Shown: positions 49,882 through 62,011, counted from the first letter of the stretch. The stretch: DNA of 64,000 nucleotides from Actinomycetota bacterium (GCA_041180065.1 JBEGSI010000006.1:25729-89728), one strand, 5' to 3'. Numbers and translations: made by a program. Notes: generated from the sequence alone by a model not told the origin.

Positions 49882-50505
49882 ATGTCTAAATACACCCTGC
49901 CTGAACTCGATTACGACTACGCAGCGTTGGAACCGAGCATCTCGGCTCGAATCATGGAATTGCACCACTCTAAGCACCACGCGGCTTACGTTGCGGGAGT
50001 AAATGCCGCTCTGGATCAGATGGAGGAGGCTCGCGATAAGAGCGACTTCGCGAACATCAACAAGCTTCAGAAAGACCTTGCCTTCCACCTATCGGGCCAC
50101 ATCAATCATTCAATCTTCTGGAAGAACTTGGCTCCATCCAACAGCGACCGACCTGAAGGGGAGCTAGCCGCGGCCATCAGCGAATTCTTTGGTTCATTTG
50201 AGGCATTCCAGGCTCACTTCAACGCTGCAGCCATGGGAATTCAGGGTAGCGGTTGGGCTTTCCTAGCTTGGGATTCGGTTGGTAAACGACTAATCATTGA
50301 GCAGTTGTACGACCAGCAGTCGAATGTTGCCACCGCCAGCATTCCGCTTCTGATGCTCGACATGTGGGAGCACGCTTTCTACCTCGACTATCAAAACGTC
50401 AAGGGTGACTATGTGAAGGCGTTCTGGAGCATTGTTAACTGGGCTGATGTACAGACTCGATTCGCCTCTGCTAGCGCAAAAACCGATGGGCTTTTGTTAG
50501 GCTAA
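49882..50505 (+). CDS. sodA: Fe/Mn superoxide dismutase
   Basis: 207 aa. ELHHSKHH and DMWEHAFYLDYQN metal-ligand motifs. AAGGAG SD. Confidence 0.94.
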   Translation: MSKYTLPELDYDYAALEPSISARIMELHHSKHHAAYVAGVNAALDQMEEARDKSDFANINKLQKDLAFHLSGHINHSIFWKNLAPSNSDRPEGELAAAISEFFGSFEAFQAHFNAAAMGIQGSGWAFLAWDSVGKRLIIEQLYDQQSNVATASIPLLMLDMWEHAFYLDYQNVKGDYVKAFWSIVNWADVQTRFASASAKTDGLLLG

Positions 50506-50595
50506 TAGCAGACTTATTGCTCCCAATGACGCGTAGCAAAGTCCGTATTTGTAACTAAGAACTGAGCTGGGCAATTTGCTCCGCTTCACAAATAA

Positions 50596-51615
<1,020 letters not shown>

Positions 51616-51644
51616 TTTCACTACCTAAAAAGAATCGAAGTATC

Positions 51645-52850
51645 TTGCGTAAACTCTCTGAGCTCAGCTCGCTCGATGGAAAAACAGTAATCATTCGCTG
51701 CGATTTGAACGTCCCTCTTGAGGGGTCTCGAATCACTGACGATGGCCGAATTGTGGCTTCTGTTCCCACCATTAAGTGCCTCGTTGAGCAAGGCGCCAAG
51801 GTAGTTGTTATCAGCCACCTTGGACGCCCAGAGGGTGCGCCAGATCCAAAGTATTCTCTGGAGCCAGCCGCCGAGCGCCTAAGCGAATTGTTGGGTCAAC
51901 CAGTTCTTTTCGCCTCGGACACCGTTGGCATTCGTGCCGAAGGTGCTCTAAAAGTTTTGGCAAATGGAGGAGTAGCGGTTCTAGAGAACCTACGCTTCAA
52001 CCCGGAGGAAACCTCTAAAGACGAAACCGTTCGTCGTGGGTTTGCATCAAAATTGGCTGCATTCGGTGATGTTTTCGTTTCAGATGGTTTCGGTGTAGTT
52101 CACCGCAAGCAGGCATCTGTATACGAATTGGCACAACTGCTGCCTTCATACGCCGGATTCCTGGTTGAGAAGGAGCTAGAAGTCATGAAGCGCCTTACCA
52201 CCTCCCCAGAGCGACCATACGCTGTGGTTCTTGGAGGTTCTAAGGTTAGTGACAAGTTAGGTGTGATCGACCACCTCCTTCCAAGCGTGAACAAGCTGCT
52301 AATCGGCGGCGGAATGGTGTTCACCTTTCTTGCTGCACTCGGTCACAAGGTTGGATCATCGCTGCTTGAGGCAGATCAGATCCCAACGGTTTTGGAGTAT
52401 CTAGAGCGAGCAAAGGCACTTGGTGTCGAAATTGTTCTTCCTACCGATATCGTGGTGGCAAGCAAATTCGGCGCTGATGCCGAAGTGGTCGTTACCAAGG
52501 CATCTGAAATCGAAAATTCATCTTTTGGCACTTCAGGCCTCGGCCTCGACATTGGGCCAGAATCAGCAGCAGTTTTCGCCAAAGAGATCGCCGAGGCAAA
52601 GACAGTATTTTGGAACGGCCCCATGGGAGTTTTCGAAATCGACAAGTTTGCTGGAGGAACTAAAGCAGTTGCAAAAGCGCTGACCGAGGTTCAAGGGCTT
52701 TCAGTTGTTGGAGGCGGCGACTCAGCTGCAGCCGTCCGAATTCTCGGATTCGAGGATAGCCAGTTTGGCCACATTTCCACCGGAGGCGGAGCTAGCCTCG
52801 AATATCTCGAAGGCAAATCATTGCCTGGCCTGGAGGTCCTAAATGACTAG
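51645..52850 (+). CDS. pgk: phosphoglycerate kinase
   Basis: 401 aa. RCDLNVPL and a C-terminal GGGDSAAAV motif. TTG start. Confidence 0.95.
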   Translation: MRKLSELSSLDGKTVIIRCDLNVPLEGSRITDDGRIVASVPTIKCLVEQGAKVVVISHLGRPEGAPDPKYSLEPAAERLSELLGQPVLFASDTVGIRAEGALKVLANGGVAVLENLRFNPEETSKDETVRRGFASKLAAFGDVFVSDGFGVVHRKQASVYELAQLLPSYAGFLVEKELEVMKRLTTSPERPYAVVLGGSKVSDKLGVIDHLLPSVNKLLIGGGMVFTFLAALGHKVGSSLLEADQIPTVLEYLERAKALGVEIVLPTDIVVASKFGADAEVVVTKASEIENSSFGTSGLGLDIGPESAAVFAKEIAEAKTVFWNGPMGVFEIDKFAGGTKAVAKALTEVQGLSVVGGGDSAAAVRILGFEDSQFGHISTGGGASLEYLEGKSLPGLEVLND

Positions 52851-53625
52851 TCGTATCCCATTCATCGCCGGTAACTGGAAGATGAATCTCGACCACCAAC
52901 AGGGAATCGCTTTAGTTCAGAAGCTTGCCTGGACGCTGAAAGACGCCTCCTTCGACTACTCGAAGGCTGAAGTAGCGGTTTTCCCTGGATTCACATCCTT
53001 ACGCTCGATTCAGACCCTAATTGATGCAGACCAGTTTGAGCTCAAGCTTGGTGCCCAAGACCTGTCGGCACACGATTCGGGGGCATTCACCGGCGAAATC
53101 TCTGGTCTGGCTCTGAAGAAACTTGACGTTCAATACGTACTAATTGGCCACAGTGAGCGTCGTTCGATGCATTCCGAAGCAGACGAGGTTGTACAGGCAA
53201 AAACTGCAGCAGCTTTCCGTCACGGTATTGTTCCGGTTATCTGCGTTGGGGAAACTCTCGAAGAACTTGAAGCCGAAGGTGCCGCAGCGGTTCCGGTTCG
53301 CCAAACCCTAGCCGCTCTTGCCGGACACAACATTCTTGGCGATTTCATCATCGCCTACGAGCCGGTTTGGGCAATCGGAACAGGTCAGGTTGCTACTCCT
53401 GAACAGGCAGCAAGTGTTGCTGGCAAGATTCGCGAAGCGATTCGTACCGCACATGGTGATCTCGCCGACAAGGTTCGAATTCTCTACGGTGGCTCAGTCA
53501 AAGCCAACAACGTAGCCGGCTTCCTGAGAAGCCCTGAAGTTGACGGAGTACTAGTTGGCGGAGCCAGCTTAGATTCCGATGAATTTGCTGGAATCGCCAG
53601 ATTCCAAAGCCATCTGGCAATATAG
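52843..53625 (+). CDS. tpiA: triosephosphate isomerase
   Basis: 260 aa. AGNWKMN, IGHSERR and [11 protein letters not shown] motifs. 8-nt overlap with pgk. Confidence 0.95.
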   Translation: MTSRIPFIAGNWKMNLDHQQGIALVQKLAWTLKDASFDYSKAEVAVFPGFTSLRSIQTLIDADQFELKLGAQDLSAHDSGAFTGEISGLALKKLDVQYVLIGHSERRSMHSEADEVVQAKTAAAFRHGIVPVICVGETLEELEAEGAAAVPVRQTLAALAGHNILGDFIIAYEPVWAIGTGQVATPEQAASVAGKIREAIRTAHGDLADKVRILYGGSVKANNVAGFLRSPEVDGVLVGGASLDSDEFAGIARFQSHLAI

Positions 53626-53652
53626 TCATAGAAACCTAACTAGGAGTTAATT

Positions 53653-53910
53653 TTGGACGCAATTCGTACCGCACTGCAGGTGCTTCTTTTCATCATCAGC
53701 CTGCTCTTGACTCTGCTGATTCTGCTCCACAAGGGTCGCGGTGGTGGCCTATCCGACATGTTCGGTGGTGGCGTTACGTCGACCATGCAGTCATCCGGTG
53801 TGGCTGAGCGAAACCTTAACCGAATCACCATCATCCTTGGTGTGGTCTGGGTTGTAATCATTGTCGCTTTAGGACTCTTCGCCCGCTTTAGCGTGGTGGC
53901 TACTGCTTAG
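53653..53910 (+). CDS. secG: preprotein translocase subunit SecG
   Basis: 85 aa with two TM segments. LLHKGRGGGLSDMFGGG motif. TAGGAG SD. Confidence 0.85.
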   Translation: MDAIRTALQVLLFIISLLLTLLILLHKGRGGGLSDMFGGGVTSTMQSSGVAERNLNRITIILGVVWVVIIVALGLFARFSVVATA

Positions 53911-54629
53911 CAACCCCAAACAAGATTTCCGGCGGTCTGGTCAACGTACCAGACCGTCTTTTCTTTGCCCCGAATTCGACCCACTGGTAGCGATTCTGGG
54001 TTTTCTCCGAAGGCAACCGAAACTGCCTCTGCTTTGTCTGCTCCAGCTACGGTGAACCAAATTTCTCTGGACTGGTTGATGGCTTTGTATGAAAAGGAGA
54101 GTCGTTGACTTGGTGGCTTAGGAGAGTCGGTCTCTGCAATCACCGTGTTTTGAGCCTCGCCCTCAGAGTGACCGGGGAAGAGGCTGGCAATGTGCCCGTC
54201 TGGACCCATACCCATGAGCATTAGATCAAATGTAATGCCGGCCCCATCGAATACCGCTTCGAAGAAAGCGGCCGCGTCCGAGACCGAGAGGCCAGAATCG
54301 GTACTTGGAAATTCGTGCACATTCATTACGGGAATGTTCAACTTGCGAAGCCAGGCATTGGTGGCTTGAACTGCGTTTCGATCTGCACTAGTTGATTCAA
54401 CATAGCGCTCATCACCCCACCAAATGTGCAATCGGGACAAATCGAGATCTCTGAAACCGAGATTGCTGGCCGCTGCAAGTGTTGCAATACCAACGGTTCC
54501 GCCGGTTACAGCAACGTGGACCTCTGATTGCGATTTGAGTTTCGATTCAACGAACTCGAAGAGATCGGCTGCTGCAGCCTCGGCAACAGCATGGCTATCG
54601 GAAAATCGGTTTACGAGCGGGCGTACCAC
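53907..54629 (-). CDS. pgl: 6-phosphogluconolactonase
   Basis: 240 aa. GMGPDGHIASLFPG motif. GTG start overlaps the opcA end by 19 nt. Confidence 0.88.
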   Translation of the reverse strand: MVRPLVNRFSDSHAVAEAAAADLFEFVESKLKSQSEVHVAVTGGTVGIATLAAASNLGFRDLDLSRLHIWWGDERYVESTSADRNAVQATNAWLRKLNIPVMNVHEFPSTDSGLSVSDAAAFFEAVFDGAGITFDLMLMGMGPDGHIASLFPGHSEGEAQNTVIAETDSPKPPSQRLSFSYKAINQSREIWFTVAGADKAEAVSVAFGENPESLPVGRIRGKEKTVWYVDQTAGNLVWGC

Positions 54630-55528
54630 TTGATTACCTTGCCAAATAGTTCGTCTGGGTCCAAACGTCTTAGATCTTCGCTCAGGCAGTCGCGATCGCT
54701 TCGTCGCGGTAGCGAAATTTCTCGAGTTGGTTGCGTTGGTTGAATCAGAGTTGCTACGTCTGGGACTCTTCGAACAATTTCGATGTTTCCCGATTTTCTA
54801 ACCAGCTTGACACCCTTGATCCCGCTAACCGACTTTCCGCGAGGCTGGCGAACAATCTTCACGTCTAGTTTGAGCTTCAAACCTAGCCAGGAGGCCAGTA
54901 GATCGGTACTAGGTGAATCAGGCGCACCAGTTACTTCAACAGCCGTAACAGCGTCGTATGGTGGCTGATCGAGAATTGCCGCTAGCTGGGCACGCCAGAG
55001 AGTAAGCCTTGTCCATGCGAAGTCGCTATCTCCGGGTGCATAGCCCTTAGCTAATTGACGCAAGAAAGCATGCGGGTCTTTTTGAACCGCGGCGTCGGTA
55101 ATTCGACGAGTAGCGATTCGTCCGATTGCGGAGGTCGCCAGCTTGAGTGGAGCTGAGCTTGGCCACCAGGCAACGACCGGTGCGTCTGGAAGCAATAGAC
55201 CAGTGACTAGTAATTCTGGATCGGACGCAGCTTCGCCCCAGGCTTTCAATACAACTACTTCCGATGCTCCGGCATCTCCACCAACACGAATTTCTGCGTC
55301 AAGTTTGGCTACCTTGGAAGATCCAACCTCGGCCAGAACCAGAATGCGGCAAGGGTGTTCACGAGAAGACTCGTTGGCCGATTTGATTGCGGCTTCCAAA
55401 CCTTTTTCATTTGTCTGAATAACCAGAGTGAGAACACGACCAAGAGCTACTGCTCCGCCCTGCTCGCGAAGTTGAACCAGTGCCTTGGAAACCTTGCTGA
55501 TGGTTGTATCTTTAAGTTCAACGATCAT
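54611..55528 (-). CDS. opcA: glucose-6-phosphate dehydrogenase assembly protein OpcA
   Basis: I prefer ATG 55528 (MIVELKDTT..., ATGA overlap with the zwf stop). The ORF-track GTG 55540 is the alternative. Conserved zwf-opcA-pgl order. Confidence 0.85.
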   Translation of the reverse strand: MIVELKDTTISKVSKALVQLREQGGAVALGRVLTLVIQTNEKGLEAAIKSANESSREHPCRILVLAEVGSSKVAKLDAEIRVGGDAGASEVVVLKAWGEAASDPELLVTGLLLPDAPVVAWWPSSAPLKLATSAIGRIATRRITDAAVQKDPHAFLRQLAKGYAPGDSDFAWTRLTLWRAQLAAILDQPPYDAVTAVEVTGAPDSPSTDLLASWLGLKLKLDVKIVRQPRGKSVSGIKGVKLVRKSGNIEIVRRVPDVATLIQPTQPTREISLPRRSDRDCLSEDLRRLDPDELFGKVIKWYARS

Positions 55529-57066
55529 GGACGTCGCCACGCCCTTCCGTCTTGTTCCAGCATTCGGTCAGCCGAAGCCGGACCCCATGTTCCCGGGCGG
55601 TATTGCTCCGGTTGACCCTGCTTCTCCCAGAACTGTTCAATTGGGTCGAGAATCTTCCAAGAAAGTTCCACTTCTTCATGACGTGGGAACAGGGGAGGGT
55701 CACCCAGTAGAACATCGAGGATTAGACGCTCATAGGCCTCTGGGCTTGCCTCTGTGAATGCGTGGCCGTAGCCGAAGTCCATGGTTACATCTCGTACCTG
55801 CATACCAACACCAGGAACCTTGGAACCGAACCGAATGGTCACACCCTCGTCTGGCTGGACGCGAATTACCAGTGCGTTCTGGCCGAGTTCAGATGTTTGA
55901 TCAGCAGCAAAGAGTTGCTGAGGTGCACGCTTAAAAACAACGGCGATTTCAGTAACTCGTCGTCCAAGTCTCTTGCCAGCCCTTAGGTAAAACGGAACGC
56001 CAGCCCAGCGACGGGTATTGATGTCGAGTCGCATGGCGGCATAGGTCTCGGTAACCGATTTCGGGTTCATACCCTCTTCGTCAAGGAAGCCTAGAACTTC
56101 CTCTCCACCTTGCCAACCACCGGCATACTGACCTCTTGCGGTGTGCTTGGACAAGTCCTTTGGAAGGCGAACCGCCTTCAAAACCTTCTCTTTTTCATTG
56201 CGAAGGTCAGCTGCGTCGAAAGACACTGGTTCTTCCATGGCGGTTAGAGCGAGCAGTTGCAACAGGTGGTTTTGAATTACGTCTCGCGCGGCCCCAATGC
56301 CATCGTAGTAACCGGCACGGCCACCAACACCAATGTCTTCAGCCATTGTGATTTGAACGTGGTCGATATAGTTCTTGTTCCAGAGTGGCTCGAAAAGTTG
56401 GTTCGCAAAGCGAAGGGCAAGGATGTTCTGGACCGTTTCCTTACCGAGGTAGTGATCAATGCGGAAGATCGAATCAGCAGGAAACACCGACTCAACTACA
56501 CCGTTTAGTTCACGAGCCGATTTCAAGTCACTGCCGAAAGGTTTTTCAATAACTACTCGACGGAACTGGTCAGGCTTTGGGTCGGCTAGCCCGCTTCTGC
56601 TCAACTGGCGACAAACAAGTGGGAATGCCTTAGGCGGAATTGAAAGGTAGAAAGCGTGGTTACCGTTGGTGCCGCGCTTCGTGTCTAGCTCTTCGATTGT
56701 TGACTTAAGGCGATCAAACGCTTGGTCGTCGTCAAAGTCTCCCTGAACAAAACGAATACCCTCTGACAGTTGTTGCCAAACCTCTTCGTTGAAAGGCGTG
56801 CGCGAATACTGCTTCACCGAGTCGTGAACAACTTGCGCAAAGTCTTGATTTTCCCACTCGCGTCTTGCGAAACCGACCAGTGCGAATCCTGGTGGAAGTA
56901 ATCCGCGGTTGGCCAAGTCGTAAACCGCAGGCATCAATTTCTTGCGACTCAGATCGCCGGTAACTCCGAAAATCACCAGGGAACTTGGTCCCGCGATTCT
57001 ATTCAGTCGTCGGTCATCTGGATCTCTGAGCGGGTTGTTGCCCGCACTCAGCTTTGCTGGACTCAT
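55525..57066 (-). CDS. zwf: glucose-6-phosphate 1-dehydrogenase
   Basis: 513 aa. IFGVTGDLSRKKL and RIDHYLGKE motifs. Confidence 0.95.
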   Translation of the reverse strand: MSPAKLSAGNNPLRDPDDRRLNRIAGPSSLVIFGVTGDLSRKKLMPAVYDLANRGLLPPGFALVGFARREWENQDFAQVVHDSVKQYSRTPFNEEVWQQLSEGIRFVQGDFDDDQAFDRLKSTIEELDTKRGTNGNHAFYLSIPPKAFPLVCRQLSRSGLADPKPDQFRRVVIEKPFGSDLKSARELNGVVESVFPADSIFRIDHYLGKETVQNILALRFANQLFEPLWNKNYIDHVQITMAEDIGVGGRAGYYDGIGAARDVIQNHLLQLLALTAMEEPVSFDAADLRNEKEKVLKAVRLPKDLSKHTARGQYAGGWQGGEEVLGFLDEEGMNPKSVTETYAAMRLDINTRRWAGVPFYLRAGKRLGRRVTEIAVVFKRAPQQLFAADQTSELGQNALVIRVQPDEGVTIRFGSKVPGVGMQVRDVTMDFGYGHAFTEASPEAYERLILDVLLGDPPLFPRHEEVELSWKILDPIEQFWEKQGQPEQYRPGTWGPASADRMLEQDGRAWRRP

Positions 57067-57070
57067 AAAT

Positions 57071-58666
57071 TTAGATGCTTTCGCTGATTAGTTTTAGGCC
57101 TGCTGGTACGTCTGAAAGTGTCAAGGTAAGCACCGGACGACCATGGTCGGCGAGCACCTTGGCATCACCAGAAGCCTGTGAGGCAATCAGTTCACCAAGG
57201 GTGAAGTCTCTGCCAGGAACGGCAAGGTCAACTGAGGCTCTGGAAACAATCTGAAGGTAAACACCTTGGGCTGGTCCGCCCTTGTGGTATTGCCCAGTTG
57301 AGTGGAGGAATCTAGGCGCCCAGCCAAACGTGGTTGGTCGCGAGGTGGCTTCCGCTAGCAGGTCACGAAGATTTGCTGCCTCTGGAACACCCTCACGGTC
57401 GAGATAGGCGTGAACAGAAAGGTAACCATTATCGGCAAGTTGCGAAAGCAGGGTTTTTAGAGCAGCGTCAATTGACTTCGCGTCGCCTAGTTCGAACCCA
57501 TGTGCTCGAACTTCAATGCCTGCGTCGATGAAGTCTGGCTCCGACTCCGCCGTGCGGCTTTCCAACATTCCTCGAGCTGCAATCTTCGCTGACTCGACAT
57601 CAGGCTGATCGAAAGGATTGATCCCAATCAATCGAGAAGCTACCACGGTTGCATACTCCCAAAGCATGAACTGTGCGCCTAATGTTCCCGATACTGATAC
57701 CTCGTTCGGGGCACTTTCAGTTGCCTCGGCGACCACGCGAACAACGAGTTCGTCGCTTGCCTTAGTGTTCAGTTCGTCAGCGCTCTTGCCGACCACAACT
57801 GGCAAGATTCCCTTGCCAAGCTTTCCGGTTGATTCTGCAATAAGCTGCTCTGCCCAGTCTCCAAAACCCTTGATGTGGGTTCCGTCCTCAAGGATGACAA
57901 TCTTGTCGGCGAATGACTCGTGGTGTCTGGTCTTAGCCAAAGCAGAACCGAGGACGAGTCCGGGGTTATCGGCACTATCGATTTCCAAAACCGTGGCTGC
58001 CTGGGCGGCGTCTCGGAGCAACTCTTCGATGTTTGCACCGGCGAGTCCTGATGGAACCAGGCCAAATGCGGTTAGTGCCGAATAGCGACCGCCAACGGTC
58101 GGGTCGGCGTTGAAGATTTTGTACCCATCAGCCTTAGCCGCTGCTTCCATCGGTGATCCAGGGTCAGTAACGATAACAATGCGCTCGGTCTTATCGATTC
58201 CGGCCTTCATGAAGGCGTCCTCAAAAAGGCGTTTCTGAGAATCGGTTTCTACAGTTGAACCCGACTTCGACGATACGATGACTGCGGTTTTTGAGAGATC
58301 GCCCTGCAGCGCGGCCCCAACTTGCTCAGGATTTGTGGAGTCTAAAACCACTAGAGAAACGCCTGCAGTTTTCGTGATAACTTCTGGAGCTAGCGACGAG
58401 CCGCCCATTCCACAAAGTACAAATCTATCTACACCAGCGGCGTTGAATTTGGCCTTCAACTCCAAGATGTCGTTGATTAGAGAAGCGGAGTCAGTAGCCG
58501 AGGTAACCCAACCTAGGCGAATCGAACTTTCCGCCTCAGCATCTTTACCCCAGAGGGTGAAGTCTTTCGCTGCAATACGGCTGGCAACTCGGTCGGAGAC
58601 CAAGATAGGAATGAATTCCTCAACCGCAACGGCTGAAGAGCCGTTTGTGGAAACCAAAAGCGACAT
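57071..58666 (-). CDS. pgi: glucose-6-phosphate isomerase
   Basis: 531 aa. CGMGGSSLAPEV and VSSKSGSTVET SIS-domain motifs. Start overlaps the tal stop by 1 nt. Confidence 0.9.
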   Translation of the reverse strand: MSLLVSTNGSSAVAVEEFIPILVSDRVASRIAAKDFTLWGKDAEAESSIRLGWVTSATDSASLINDILELKAKFNAAGVDRFVLCGMGGSSLAPEVITKTAGVSLVVLDSTNPEQVGAALQGDLSKTAVIVSSKSGSTVETDSQKRLFEDAFMKAGIDKTERIVIVTDPGSPMEAAAKADGYKIFNADPTVGGRYSALTAFGLVPSGLAGANIEELLRDAAQAATVLEIDSADNPGLVLGSALAKTRHHESFADKIVILEDGTHIKGFGDWAEQLIAESTGKLGKGILPVVVGKSADELNTKASDELVVRVVAEATESAPNEVSVSGTLGAQFMLWEYATVVASRLIGINPFDQPDVESAKIAARGMLESRTAESEPDFIDAGIEVRAHGFELGDAKSIDAALKTLLSQLADNGYLSVHAYLDREGVPEAANLRDLLAEATSRPTTFGWAPRFLHSTGQYHKGGPAQGVYLQIVSRASVDLAVPGRDFTLGELIASQASGDAKVLADHGRPVLTLTLSDVPAGLKLISESI

Positions 58667-59772
58667 TATTTTGCCCCTGCAAGCGCGTTGGTAATGCTTT
58701 CAACCAGTTCGTTCCAGGAGATGATGAATTTCTCAACACCTTCGCGTTCTAGTAATTCAGTGACTTCAGAAACACTCACTCCAACGGACTCCACCTGAGC
58801 AAGTACTGCTTCCGATTCGCCGTAGTGGGCCGAGATCGAGTTTTCAGGAACAATTCCGTGATCGAAAACCGCTTCCATTGTTTTCTCCGGCATGGTGTTT
58901 ACCAGCATCGGGGCAACCAATTCGGTTACATAGAGCGTGTCAGAGAGGTTTGGGTCTTTCACGCCAGTCGATGCCATCAGCGGTCGTTGTTTGTTCGCTC
59001 CGGCTGCTTCTAGCTCTTTCCAAAGTTCGGTTTCGAACTCTTCTTCAAATACTCGGTATGCCAGACGTGCATTGGCTAGAGCAGCTTTACTCTTCAGTGC
59101 AAGCGCGCTCTCGGTACCGATTTCAACCAAGCGCTTGTCGATTTCAGTGTCGACACGAGAGACAAAGAAAGAGGCCACCGAGTGAATCTTCGAAACATCG
59201 ATTCCGGCGGATTTTGCCTTTGAGACACCAGCGATATAAGCAGCAATAACTTCGCGGTAGCGCTCAAGCGAGAAAATGAGCGTCACGTTGACGCTGATAC
59301 CTAGGGCGATAACTTCGGTGATAGCGGTCAAGCCCTCGCGAGTAGCAGGAATCTTGATCATGACATTCTCGCGATTTACCTTTGCGAAGAGCTCTCTGGC
59401 CTGAGCTACTGTCTGACGTGCGTCGTGAGCGAGACCTGGTTCTACTTCAATCGAAACTCGGCCATCAAAGCCAGCCGATGCCTCGTACACGCCCCTGAAT
59501 ATGTCGCAGGCATTCGCCACATCGACAGTGGTGATTTCGAAGATAGCCTCAGAAGCAGACTTACCCTGTGAGGCTAGCTCAGCGACCTGAGGGCCGTATC
59601 CCTCTCCCTTGCCAAGCGCTCCGGCAAAAATGGTTGGGTTGGTGGTCACCCCAGAAACAGAACGACTCGAGATTAGCGACTCTAAGTTTCCGGACTCAAT
59701 GCGAGAGCGTGAAAGATCGTCGAGCCAAATGCTGACACCGTTTGTTGCTAGTTGTGCGAGTGGGCTAGTCAT
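58666..59772 (-). CDS. tal: transaldolase (long actinobacterial type)
   Basis: 368 aa. GVTTNPTIF and IKIPATREG (Schiff-base Lys) motifs. Confidence 0.94.
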   Translation of the reverse strand: MTSPLAQLATNGVSIWLDDLSRSRIESGNLESLISSRSVSGVTTNPTIFAGALGKGEGYGPQVAELASQGKSASEAIFEITTVDVANACDIFRGVYEASAGFDGRVSIEVEPGLAHDARQTVAQARELFAKVNRENVMIKIPATREGLTAITEVIALGISVNVTLIFSLERYREVIAAYIAGVSKAKSAGIDVSKIHSVASFFVSRVDTEIDKRLVEIGTESALALKSKAALANARLAYRVFEEEFETELWKELEAAGANKQRPLMASTGVKDPNLSDTLYVTELVAPMLVNTMPEKTMEAVFDHGIVPENSISAHYGESEAVLAQVESVGVSVSEVTELLEREGVEKFIISWNELVESITNALAGAK

Positions 59773-59781
59773 GATTCTTAC

Positions 59782-61875
59782 CTAGGCTTTCTTGATGCTT
59801 GATTTGGCGGCAGCAACGACGTTTTCAACGGTCATGCCGAATTCACGGAACAGTGTCTTGTAGTCAGCCGAAGCACCGAAGTGCTCAATTGAGACAGTCT
59901 CACCAAACGGGCCCACGTACTTGTGCCAACCAAGGTTCAGTCCGGCCTCAACCGAGACTCTGGCCTTTACGTTTGCTGGAAGAACAGTTGACCGGTAGCT
60001 TTCTGGTTGCTCATCGAACCATTCGAGGCAAGGTGCTGATACAACTCGAGTTGAGACTCCGCTGGCTTCTAACTGAAGGCGTGCTTCAACCGCGAGCTGC
60101 AACTCAGAACCGGTTGCAATCAAGATAACCTTTGGCTTGCCATTGGAGCCATCTACGAGCGTGTAAGCGCCTTTCAGCGTGTTCTCTGCTCCTGCGACCA
60201 ATGTGCCTGTGGAATCCTTTTCACCACGAGTAATTACCGGAATGTTTTGACGGCTAAGAGCGATACCTGAAGGGCCATCGACGTGCTCCAACATTCCAGT
60301 CCAGGCGTATGCGGTCTCATTGGCATCACCAGGGCGAACAATTGCCAGATTAGGAATGGCTCGCAAGGTAGCAAGCTGTTCGATTGGCTGGTGAGTTGGG
60401 CCATCTTCTCCAAGTGCCACTGAATCATGCGTCCAGACAAAGATCGAAGGAACGCCCATTAGAGCCGCGAGACGAACTGCTGGGCGCATGTAATCGCTGA
60501 AGATGAGGAAAGTTCCACCAAACGGACGGGTGTGACCACTGAGAGTTATACCGTTGAGAATCGCGCCCATGGCATGTTCACGAATTCCAAAGTGAAGAAC
60601 ACGGCCGTACTGGTCTCCCGACCATTCGTGGGTTGACCATTCCGAAGGAATGAATGACTTCGCGCCTGCGATGGTGGTTAGGTTGGATTCAGCCAAATCG
60701 GCAGAACCACCCCAAAGCTCGGGCATGACCGGAGCGATAGCGTTGATTACTTTGCCAGATGCCGCACGAGTAGAGACCTCGGTACCGCCATCAAATACTG
60801 GAAGAGAGTCAACAAGCCCTTGGGGGAGAGAACCTGAAACCAAACGATCCAGGAGTTTCTTCTTGTCGGCGTTCTCAGACGCCCAGGCATCGAATGAAGC
60901 CTCCCAAACCTTGCGGTTTTCGGTGGCAAAGTTCTGATACCCGCGAGTGTGTGCGAGGACCTCATCGGAAACTTCGAAGGTCTGATCTGGGTCGAAACCG
61001 AGCACCGTCTTTAGTCCTGCAAGTTCTTCCGCACCAAGCGCTGAACCATGAATCTTTCCAGAGTTCTGCTTCTTCGGCGAAGGCCAGCCAATGATGGTAC
61101 GAAGACGAATTAGTGAAGGTTTATCAGTGGTTGCCTTTGCCTTCTGAATGGCGTTGTAGAGTTCTTCGATGTCTTCCGCGTAGTCACCGGACTTTCTCCA
61201 GTCAACTGTCTGCGTGTGCCATCCGTAGGAGTCGTAGCGGTCGATGATGTTTTCGGTGAAAGAAATGTCGGTGTCATCTTCGATAGAGATCTGGTTACTG
61301 TCATAGATGACAACTAGATTGCCCAGTTTCTGATGACCGGCAAGCGATGCCGCCTCAGAGGTAACGCCTTCCTGCATGTCTCCGTCGCCGGCAATGACGT
61401 AGACGAAGTGATCGAAAGGAGATGAGCCAAGCGGGGCAGTAGGGTCGAATAGACCGCGCTCATAACGTGCTGAGTATGCGAATCCGGTTGCCGATGCCAA
61501 ACCTTGGCCCAGCGGTCCGGTAGTGATCTCAACACCCTTGGTGTGCTTGTATTCAGGGTGTCCCGGTGTCTTTGATCCCCAGGTTCGAAGAGCCTTCAGG
61601 TCCTCTAATTCCAGTCCGTAACCGTGTAGAAAAAGCTGGTTGTAAAGGGTAAGTGATGAGTGGCCAACACTCAGGATGAAACGGTCGCGGCCGATCCAGC
61701 GGTCGTCACTCGGGTCGTGACGCATGACCTTGTTGAAGAGAAGATACGAAACAGGCGCAAGAGAGATGGCGGTTCCTGGATGCCCGTTGCCAACCTTTTC
61801 AACTGCATCAGCCGCAAGAACGCGAGCTGTATCGACGGCTTTGGAGTCTAGATCGGACCATTGGAATGCTGACAC
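59782..61875 (-). CDS. tkt: transketolase
   Basis: GTG 61875 with AAGGAG 5 nt upstream gives VSAFQWSDLD... (697 aa). GHPGTAISLAP and GDGDMQEG ThDP motifs. The ORF-track start 62019 adds 48 non-homologous residues. Confidence 0.93.
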   Translation of the reverse strand: MSAFQWSDLDSKAVDTARVLAADAVEKVGNGHPGTAISLAPVSYLLFNKVMRHDPSDDRWIGRDRFILSVGHSSLTLYNQLFLHGYGLELEDLKALRTWGSKTPGHPEYKHTKGVEITTGPLGQGLASATGFAYSARYERGLFDPTAPLGSSPFDHFVYVIAGDGDMQEGVTSEAASLAGHQKLGNLVVIYDSNQISIEDDTDISFTENIIDRYDSYGWHTQTVDWRKSGDYAEDIEELYNAIQKAKATTDKPSLIRLRTIIGWPSPKKQNSGKIHGSALGAEELAGLKTVLGFDPDQTFEVSDEVLAHTRGYQNFATENRKVWEASFDAWASENADKKKLLDRLVSGSLPQGLVDSLPVFDGGTEVSTRAASGKVINAIAPVMPELWGGSADLAESNLTTIAGAKSFIPSEWSTHEWSGDQYGRVLHFGIREHAMGAILNGITLSGHTRPFGGTFLIFSDYMRPAVRLAALMGVPSIFVWTHDSVALGEDGPTHQPIEQLATLRAIPNLAIVRPGDANETAYAWTGMLEHVDGPSGIALSRQNIPVITRGEKDSTGTLVAGAENTLKGAYTLVDGSNGKPKVILIATGSELQLAVEARLQLEASGVSTRVVSAPCLEWFDEQPESYRSTVLPANVKARVSVEAGLNLGWHKYVGPFGETVSIEHFGASADYKTLFREFGMTVENVVAAAKSSIKKA

Positions 61876-61897
61876 AGCGACTCCTTGAAATTTAGTT

Positions 61898-61912
61898 GAA
61901 TGCATTGCATTC
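61898..61912. repeat. perfect 15-bp palindrome GAATGCAtTGCATTC in the tkt/ctaB divergent region (candidate operator)
   Basis: The 7-nt arms are fully complementary around one central base. It lies 11 nt upstream of the tkt SD. Function not established. Confidence 0.35.
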
Positions 61913-62011
61913 GCCGGATATTTGGGGCTTCGTCGCCGTTTAGAACAGCGAAAAACGCTTCTTGTTCTTTTGAAAAGTCTACTACCGAGCGTGCCTGTAA
62001 ACTCGTTGGTG

